64,000 nucleotides of DNA from an uncultured virus (IMG/VR IMGVR_UViG_3300031992_002320). Taxonomy: Duplodnaviria > Heunggongvirae > Uroviricota > Caudoviricetes. The notes beneath the pieces were generated by a model, which saw only the letters and a program-made list of their open reading frames with translations, was not told the origin of the DNA and did not search any database. The stretch lies in the IMG/VR virus record IMGVR_UViG_3300031992_002320. The stretch is one strand, 5' to 3'. Positions 58,258-64,000 of this stretch are shown in pieces. The position numbers and the translations under genes are program-made. Position 1 is the stretch's first letter. Each line of letters begins with the position of its first letter.

Positions 58258-59097
58258 GTGATGAGATTTAAGCGTATATTGGGTTTTGGTCTTGCTGTGT
58301 GTCTTGTGGCTTCCTTGTGTGGCTGTGGGGCCTCTGAAGGGGGTTCTGGAGCGAAGGGGGCCTCTGTTTCTGTGAGTGCGGAGGACTTTGGTGGTTTATC
58401 TCCCACTGGGGTTGTTGATTCTTGGGCCACGCTTCATTCAGAGCTTGGTGAGTCGGCGCGTCAGGGTGTATTTGACTATACGAGTGCTCTGGTTTCTCAT
58501 GGGGTTTCTGATGGGGCTCAGAAGGTAATTGACGGGCTGTCAACAGAGGGTAGGAATGCTCTTGATACCGCCGAGGGGCGTGTGGAGTTGGCTGGGTTGT
58601 TTGGTTATGAGTCCTCTTTGGATTATTATGTGATGCCGGCGATTGAGTTGGGGGATGGCAGGTACTGTGTGGCTGTTGTTCCACAGCGTGCCGAAGATAA
58701 CATTGGTTGTGTGGGCTTCTTCGATAGTGAGGGGGAGTTATATGATTTTTGGGTGTTATCGGGCACAGGTGGCACTGTTATGGAGAATATTGTCGGTGTG
58801 CGCGGTAGTCGTTCCGCTGGGTATTGTTTAGGGGTATTGCGGAGTTATATAAGTGTTATGTATTCATCGGTTGGGAATAAGCAGGATGCTTTGGATGCGT
58901 GTATGAATGTGCCGGTGAATGCTGCGAATACATTACTTCCGTCAGCGAGTGGTGATATTGAGTTCATATGTAGTGAGACCTCTTGTGACGGGGAGTTCTG
59001 TGAGGCCATCTACTCTGTGGGTAATCAGTATGGTTTTGCATGGTATGTTAATGGTTCTGATAGTGTGTATCTTGGGGTATATGGAGGTTTCTACTGA
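58258..59097 (+). CDS. Putative lipoprotein
   Basis: Basic N-terminus, hydrophobic stretch, LCGC lipobox-like motif. Confidence 0.7.
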   Translation: MMRFKRILGFGLAVCLVASLCGCGASEGGSGAKGASVSVSAEDFGGLSPTGVVDSWATLHSELGESARQGVFDYTSALVSHGVSDGAQKVIDGLSTEGRNALDTAEGRVELAGLFGYESSLDYYVMPAIELGDGRYCVAVVPQRAEDNIGCVGFFDSEGELYDFWVLSGTGGTVMENIVGVRGSRSAGYCLGVLRSYISVMYSSVGNKQDALDACMNVPVNAANTLLPSASGDIEFICSETSCDGEFCEAIYSVGNQYGFAWYVNGSDSVYLGVYGGFY

Positions 59098-60056
59098 TGG
59101 CGGTTATACAGGATGATGAGTTTGATCTCTTAAAACTTATGGAGCAGTCGCCGGATGAGATGATGTTCGGTGGTGTTCAGCCGGTTGTAAGTAATGTTGC
59201 GAGTGTTGATGATGTTAAGAACCTCAGTTCGTATGCGGTTGAGGTTAAGCGTGATAATAAGGGTGGTGGTACGGCCACCGTTACTGTTGGGGCTGGTTTT
59301 GATAAGTCTGGTTTGTGTGAATACCTTGGTTGTGAAGGTATTCGTTTGTTTGTAAATTTCGATATGCTTCGTTTCACGGGTTCAGGTGGTATCGAGCTTG
59401 ATGGTGGGGTGCTCAGTTCTCTTAATCAGGGTTTGGGTGGTATCTCTCGTATGACGGCTTCCATCGAGGCTTATGTGCCGAGTGGGCGTTCCCTTAAGGT
59501 TGAGGGGCTTCGTGGTGTGGATCATGTTGAGACTCGTTTGGGTTCTTATGTTGGTTTCACGAAGGGTGAGGATTATGATTTCTATCCGATTAGTTGGGCC
59601 GACTGTGATATTCTGAATCCGGTGGGGGATACGGGTGTTTTGGAGGATGTCATCGCGGAGCGTGATGTTGATGTTGAGGCTCAGTTGCTTGATAGTGTGG
59701 GGCTTCATCTTGCCCGTGGTTATCAGGAGCATTTCGTGAGGGCGGCGTGTGTTTGTGTTGAGCGTTTATTCACGATTAACTGCTGCCGTGGTTATGGACT
59801 GGCTTCTTGGTTGCTTGGTACCTTGCCTGTTATTGTTCAGGCGAGTTATTCGATGTTGGTTGGGGACATTCTTCTTATTCCCGGTGATTTCAGTTCGGAG
59901 GCTTCGAAGCGTGGGGTTACTCCGAAGGAGTATCTCTCTTGGCTTGAGGGGTATTACGAGCACTGTGGTTTTAATTTGATGGATGTTTCAAAGCTCAAGG
60001 GTTTGTTTGTGAGTGGTGTAGGTCGGGTGTTCAGGCGCCGTTTTCTGTTGTATTGA
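59097..60056 (+). CDS. Protein with C-terminal GNAT-like acetyltransferase fold
   Basis: VERLF...CRGYGLASWLL (acetyl-CoA-binding loop) and YYEHCGF. Confidence 0.6.
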   Translation: MAVIQDDEFDLLKLMEQSPDEMMFGGVQPVVSNVASVDDVKNLSSYAVEVKRDNKGGGTATVTVGAGFDKSGLCEYLGCEGIRLFVNFDMLRFTGSGGIELDGGVLSSLNQGLGGISRMTASIEAYVPSGRSLKVEGLRGVDHVETRLGSYVGFTKGEDYDFYPISWADCDILNPVGDTGVLEDVIAERDVDVEAQLLDSVGLHLARGYQEHFVRAACVCVERLFTINCCRGYGLASWLLGTLPVIVQASYSMLVGDILLIPGDFSSEASKRGVTPKEYLSWLEGYYEHCGFNLMDVSKLKGLFVSGVGRVFRRRFLLY

Positions 60057-60089
60057 TGAGGTGTGTTTTTATGGGAGGTAAGGCGTGTG

Positions 60090-60527
60090 ATGTTTTCGAG
60101 CAATCAGGAGTTTGTGATTTCAGGGCGACTGAGTCCTGAGTATATAGAGAAGGTGCTTAAGATAGCCCTTGATTTATCTGGGCAGAGCGTGCACCTTAGC
60201 AGAGAAGAGCGTGAGCGTGGCTGTATGCTGGTTTATCAGATAACGCCAAGTGGTAGTTATTGCATTGGGTGGGGGTTTGAGGCTTGTCCTGTGGGATGGT
60301 CTGAATTTCAGTTTGATTTTGATTATGAAATAGTTGCACGACTTATCAAGCAGCAGTTAGAGAAGTGTCCTGTAGATAGTTCGGAGGATGAAGGGGATGG
60401 TACCTATGCACCGGGTTTTCTTGCCAAGGCTGTCAGGGAGACATTTGCGTCGGAGAGTGACGGAATTAAAAATCCAAGCTATGGTATTGTGGAATTCCGA
60501 CCTTTCACGTGCTTCTATTCCAAGTAA
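60090..60527 (+). CDS. Hypothetical protein
   Basis: GGAGG RBS; start near 60087-60090. Confidence 0.7.
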   Translation: MFSSNQEFVISGRLSPEYIEKVLKIALDLSGQSVHLSREERERGCMLVYQITPSGSYCIGWGFEACPVGWSEFQFDFDYEIVARLIKQQLEKCPVDSSEDEGDGTYAPGFLAKAVRETFASESDGIKNPSYGIVEFRPFTCFYSK

Positions 60528-60541
60528 GGAGACCTTGTTCT

Positions 60542-60778
60542 ATGGGAAGAGAGCGAAAGATGAATGACGAGGAGTTCCGAGAGTACCGTCGTCAGATAGC
60601 GAGGGAGTCTCAGCGGAAGCGTAGGGGTTTTGCGAAGTTGCATAATCTTTGCAGGCAGTGCTGTCGGGAGAAGGCTTTGCCGATGCGGACGTTGTGTCCT
60701 GTGTGTCTTTTGAAGCAGCGTGAGGTACAGCGGCGATATACAGCGAGATATAAAGTCAAGTCAGTGGATATGGCTTGA
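60542..60778 (+). CDS. Small basic Zn-finger-like protein
   Basis: Arg-rich helices flanking CRQC...LCPVC; AAGGAG RBS before ATG 60542. Confidence 0.65.
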   Translation: MGRERKMNDEEFREYRRQIARESQRKRRGFAKLHNLCRQCCREKALPMRTLCPVCLLKQREVQRRYTARYKVKSVDMA

Positions 60779-60802
60779 GTGTGTGATAGGAGATTTTTAC
60801 TG

Positions 60803-61615
60803 ATGATGAGAATGTTTGATTCTTACGGGGAGTTTGTTGGAGGAATTGAATCCATCTTGGCCGAGGAGGATTTCTCGCCGGGTGATATTTATTGTTTGTT
60901 GGGTGCTGGTTTTGAGCAGCCCTTTGGTGTTCCCACCTTTAATGGTGAGGGAGGCTTGTATGAGGGTGATTATCTCAAGGAGACCTTTAATAAGTGTGCC
61001 GAGGGGAGTGGTGTTACTCTCCGTGATGGGGTTGTGGTTGGATCCGATTTCTCTTGGCCATTGCGTGAGCCATTATCGCGGATGATGTTGGATGAGTTTC
61101 CAAAGTATTTTTCATCCGTGTTCTTTGATTTATATGACAGTGTGCAGGGGTTCTTGAAGTCACATTCCGAGGGTTCTGTGAAGCTTTCGGCGGATGCGAT
61201 TTCCTATCGTGATTTGGTCAGGCGTTTGGTATCGTGTGGGGCCTTGGTTGATACCACTTGTCTTGGTAGGATTGTTGAGCAGGTTTGTGATGTTCGTGTT
61301 CGTCATGTGCATGGGGATTTTTATCATCTTCGCAATCTTGAGGGTGGGGATGAGGTTCTCCGTGATGTGGATTGGAGTGATACAGCTCTCCGTGGGGAGC
61401 TTATGAATACAGGTCGTATCTTGTTGGAGGGCAGGGAGTTCATTCCCGATTTGGTGTATCAGGATGACCTTACCACCGCTGGTGTGAGTCGTGTTGGGAC
61501 GATGATTTCCACGGCGCGTGTTGTGATTGCCATTGGTGTCAATCCGGGTTCGCAGTTGGGGAGGTTGTTGAAGGCTCGTTGTTCAAGGTGTTTGTATTTT
61601 TTAGGGGGTAGATGA
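60803..61615 (+). CDS. Hypothetical protein directly upstream of the McrB-like gene
   Basis: AGGAG RBS, ATG 60803; 1-nt gap to the next gene. Confidence 0.7.
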   Translation: MMRMFDSYGEFVGGIESILAEEDFSPGDIYCLLGAGFEQPFGVPTFNGEGGLYEGDYLKETFNKCAEGSGVTLRDGVVVGSDFSWPLREPLSRMMLDEFPKYFSSVFFDLYDSVQGFLKSHSEGSVKLSADAISYRDLVRRLVSCGALVDTTCLGRIVEQVCDVRVRHVHGDFYHLRNLEGGDEVLRDVDWSDTALRGELMNTGRILLEGREFIPDLVYQDDLTTAGVSRVGTMISTARVVIAIGVNPGSQLGRLLKARCSRCLYFLGGR

Positions 61616-61616
61616 T

Positions 61617-62573
61617 ATGGAGAAACTTAAGGGGCGTATGACATCGGGTATCGATGTTTTTTCTGATAGTGCATCGCAGGGTGAGGCTGCAAGTGCGGAG
61701 CTTGGTGGTGCTCGTAAGTTAGTTGTTGGTGGTGGTTATACGGCGGGTGATTTTGCTGCCAATGCCTTGGGGGTTGATGGTGGTGAGATCAGTTCTCTGC
61801 TTAGGTTCAAGTCGAATCTCATCATGCAGGGTGCTCCCGGTGTTGGTAAGACTTTCGTGGCGAAGCATTTGGCGTATCTGATCATGCATGAGGTGGATCC
61901 GTCTCGTATCATGAATGTTCAGTTCCATGCGAGTTATACTTATGAGTCTTTTGTGGCTGGTTTGTTCCCGGATGGTCATGGTGGTTTCTATCTTCGTGAG
62001 GGTGAGCTCATGAAGGTGTGCAAGAGGGCTGCCGAGGATCCGGATCGACCTTATTTCCTTATCATCGATGAGATTAACCGTGGTAACACCTCGGCAATCT
62101 TCGGTGAGATTTTCTCCCTTATGGAGCGTGAGCATCGTGGGGAGTCTATGGTTCTTAAGTATGATGCCTTGTCTTTGAGTATTCCGAAGAACCTTTATAT
62201 CATCGGCACGATGAATACGGCTGACCGTGGTTTGCAGGCTCTTGACTATGCGTTGAGGCGTCGTTTTGCTTTCTATACGGTGCTTCCGGCGTATGGCAGT
62301 CCCGCGTTTCTTGAGAAGATGAGGTCATACAACTGTCCTCGTTTGATGGAGGCTATCGCATCTATGCAGAGGCTCAATGCTGCGATTGCTGATGATCCTG
62401 TTCTCGGTCCGGGGTATATGGTTGGTCATTCTTATTGGTTTGGTTATAAGACTTTCACTGCGAGTCAGGTGGAGGATATTCTGAAGTATGAGATTTGTCC
62501 TCTATTGCAGGAGTATTGGTTTGATAGGCCTGAGGTTTATAGTATGTGGGAGCATATGCTGGGGGTGAGTTGA
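61617..62573 (+). CDS. mcrB: McrB-like AAA+ GTPase lacking an N-terminal DNA-binding domain
   Basis: GAPGVGKT, VQFHASYTYESFV, IIDEINRGN, GTMNTADR, DYALRRRF, GHSY. Confidence 0.9.
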   Translation: MEKLKGRMTSGIDVFSDSASQGEAASAELGGARKLVVGGGYTAGDFAANALGVDGGEISSLLRFKSNLIMQGAPGVGKTFVAKHLAYLIMHEVDPSRIMNVQFHASYTYESFVAGLFPDGHGGFYLREGELMKVCKRAAEDPDRPYFLIIDEINRGNTSAIFGEIFSLMEREHRGESMVLKYDALSLSIPKNLYIIGTMNTADRGLQALDYALRRRFAFYTVLPAYGSPAFLEKMRSYNCPRLMEAIASMQRLNAAIADDPVLGPGYMVGHSYWFGYKTFTASQVEDILKYEICPLLQEYWFDRPEVYSMWEHMLGVS

Positions 62574-62932
62574 TGGTTTCGCATGGGTTTCTGAAAAAGT
62601 TGGGGGATATCCTTGTTGATACCAATCCAAATGGGCTTGGTATTCCGCAGGGGATTTTCGAGCGTTATACCTTATATCCGGACGAGGTGCTTAGGCTCTA
62701 TGTGGTGGATGAGGTATTCGATGCTTTCAAGGCCAAGTATGGTATTGTGGATAGCACTCTTTCGGATGGTGAGGCTTCCGAGGGTGCTGTACAGGTTTTC
62801 AATAAAATCGTGAGTGGTATGCTCACACAGATTTGTGGTCAGATAGGTCTCAGTGTGGATGAGTTGTCTTGTCGGGTGGCTTGGGTTGGTCATATTGAGG
62901 GGACCTTGTTCTGTGAGTCTTATCCGATTTGA
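62573..62932 (+). CDS. Hypothetical protein between mcrB-like and mcrC-like genes
   Basis: ATG overlaps the mcrB stop (TGATG). Confidence 0.65.
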   Translation: MVSHGFLKKLGDILVDTNPNGLGIPQGIFERYTLYPDEVLRLYVVDEVFDAFKAKYGIVDSTLSDGEASEGAVQVFNKIVSGMLTQICGQIGLSVDELSCRVAWVGHIEGTLFCESYPI

Positions 62933-62941
62933 GGTGTTTGA

Positions 62942-64000
62942 ATGGGTGAAGTATTTGTTATTGAGGATGCCTATAGGCGTTATCTGATGAATATAGGTTT
63001 CACGCTAATGTGTAGTTTTGATGAGAGGGGCAGGTTTCCGCGTGGGATTTGGGACTGCCTCTCTATTTTGGGTATGGAGTCAGACAGTTATCGTGTGATG
63101 GAGGATGTGTTTGGTTTCTATGCCTTGCATTTGTTATCCAATGGTGCTGCTGTAGCGGAGTATCGTTTCCGCGATTGTGAGGGTGTTGTGCCGGCGGGTG
63201 AGCTTAATGTAGAGTCCTCTGTTATTGGTGGTGCCTTGATTGAGGGGCGTGTTTGTTATCGTGAGATGTATTTGGATAATGACACACCGTTGCAGAGGTT
63301 GCTTCGTGATGCGGTGGTCAGGTTTAGTCAGAATCTTGATAGGCTTCGTGGGGTTCTCGATTCCACCAATTCGGATGTGAAGGGTGACCTTAATACCTAT
63401 GAGGGTTATCTGGGCCGTATGAGAGCCAACATTCTCCGTTATGATAAGGGTGAGGGCAATCGCGGTGTTGTTGGCAGTGCGATGTCCATGTTTGCTCTTG
63501 GTAGTGAGAATATCAGTGTGAGTGGTTCTGTGGACGCTCTGCGTAGTCGAATCCTTGAGATGGGGTTTGATACCTCTTGGTCGCTTGGAGGCCATTCGAA
63601 TCGTTTGGAGCTCATTCAGAAGTGCATCGGTAGTCTTGGCAGTGGTCTGCTCTTGCGTTGGTTCAGGCTGTATCGTGATTTTATGACCTTTGAGGGTTAT
63701 GAGTATAATCTGTGGCCTAATCTTAAGACTTTGGAGGCACCTCGTTCCGTGGGTAGGAGTGGTTCAGAGGGGCTCTTGGTTCGTGATTGGCTCAAGTTTT
63801 TGAGAGGTGATTCTGCTGGTTTATCCGAGATGCAGTGTTTGCCTCGTTATATCCTTTTGGATGGTGCTGGGGCCTCGGATGTGGTGGCTTGGAGCCGTCG
63901 TTGTTTTATGGGGGATTGTTATTTCTCTGTTTTGTTTAGGGCGCTGGCTCTGAAGCTTGGTAGTGAGGACTTGCTCACTGGTACCTCTGCTTCTTCGCAG
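62942..64000 (+). CDS. McrC-like protein, partial (runs off the window)
   Basis: Not in the ORF track; hand translation from ATG 62942 (GAGGTG RBS) shows no stop to 64000; EY...GELNVESSV...LIEGRVCY...LDNDTPLQRLLRDAV resembles the McrC N-terminal McrB-contacting region. Confidence 0.55.
   Translation, partial: MGEVFVIEDAYRRYLMNIGFTLMCSFDERGRFPRGIWDCLSILGMESDSYRVMEDVFGFYALHLLSNGAAVAEYRFRDCEGVVPAGELNVESSVIGGALIEGRVCYREMYLDNDTPLQRLLRDAVVRFSQNLDRLRGVLDSTNSDVKGDLNTYEGYLGRMRANILRYDKGEGNRGVVGSAMSMFALGSENISVSGSVDALRSRILEMGFDTSWSLGGHSNRLELIQKCIGSLGSGLLLRWFRLYRDFMTFEGYEYNLWPNLKTLEAPRSVGRSGSEGLLVRDWLKFLRGDSAGLSEMQCLPRYILLDGAGASDVVAWSRRCFMGDCYFSVLFRALALKLGSEDLLTGTSASSQ

Larger units (their letters stand above)
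1..64000 (+). mobile_element. Segment of a giant plasmid-like / extrachromosomal element, probably of a Firmicute (Clostridia-like) host
   Basis: Unidirectional dense gene packing; own DnaB-, DnaX-, HU- and ParB-like genes; VirB4-like and FtsK-like ATPases; orphan methylases; mostly hypothetical proteins; GGAGG RBS and TTGACA-17-TATATT promoter; no capsid, tail or terminase motifs recognised. Confidence 0.7.

Noticed and set aside
60803..61615. McrC nuclease based on FIPDLV
   Set aside because: No following (D/E)xK and no McrC N-terminal pattern; 62942 is the better candidate
995..62813. Alternative-frame + strand ORFs rich in M/R/L/V (e.g. 38582-39103, 47835-48407)
   Set aside because: Frame-shifted shadows of GAT/GAG/GGT-rich genes; no independent RBS or motifs
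461..63595. Numerous minus-strand ORFs, some 200-400 aa (e.g. 38533-39735, 49713-50621, 53054-53944)
   Set aside because: All overlap well-supported + genes, are I/T/H/L-rich mirror translations of the skewed strand, and lack RBS or motifs
1..64000. Stop-codon reassignment
   Set aside because: TAA, TAG and TGA all end genes immediately before the next RBS; coding density is already high under code 11
1..64000. Jumbo-phage structural module
   Set aside because: No terminase, portal, capsid, sheath or tape-measure features recognised; large proteins have lipoboxes and TM helices; a phage identity for the whole contig cannot be fully excluded

Overview
This window looks like part of a very large, low-GC Gram-positive-type (Firmicutes/Clostridia-like) extrachromosomal element, most likely a giant conjugative plasmid or similar. 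No virion genes, rRNA or core housekeeping operons are visible. About 60 tightly packed CDSs all lie on the + strand, which is strongly G+T-skewed, with GGAGG ribosome-binding sites and a sigma-A promoter. Modules in order: (1) two adjacent 179-nt fold-back RNA units at 112-477, one tRNA/tmRNA-like; (2) a C5 methyltransferase, a DnaX-like clamp loader, an HU-like protein and an HNH nuclease; (3) a ~24 kb conjugation-like block with three paralogous pilin-like membrane proteins, a 979 aa lipoprotein, an 1804 aa polytopic membrane protein, a PrgI/TcpE-like protein, a degenerate ParA/CpaE-like ATPase, a VirB4-like ATPase, an FtsK/TcpA-like ATPase and a large lipoprotein, with no relaxase seen; (4) an adenine methyltransferase, SNF2 helicase, DnaB-like helicase, zinc metallopeptidase and ParB-HNH fusion; (5) six genes sharing an unrecognised ~60 aa N-terminal domain fused to variable C-termini, the last heading a split DUF2201-type peptidase / VWA / MoxR-AAA operon; (6) a 1423 aa surface esterase plus C39-like protein, a GNAT-like protein and a headless McrB with an McrC-like ORF running off the end. 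The best candidates for undescribed biology are the shared-leader gene array, the divergent transfer apparatus and the tandem RNA units. All assignments come from motif reading by eye; no searches were run.
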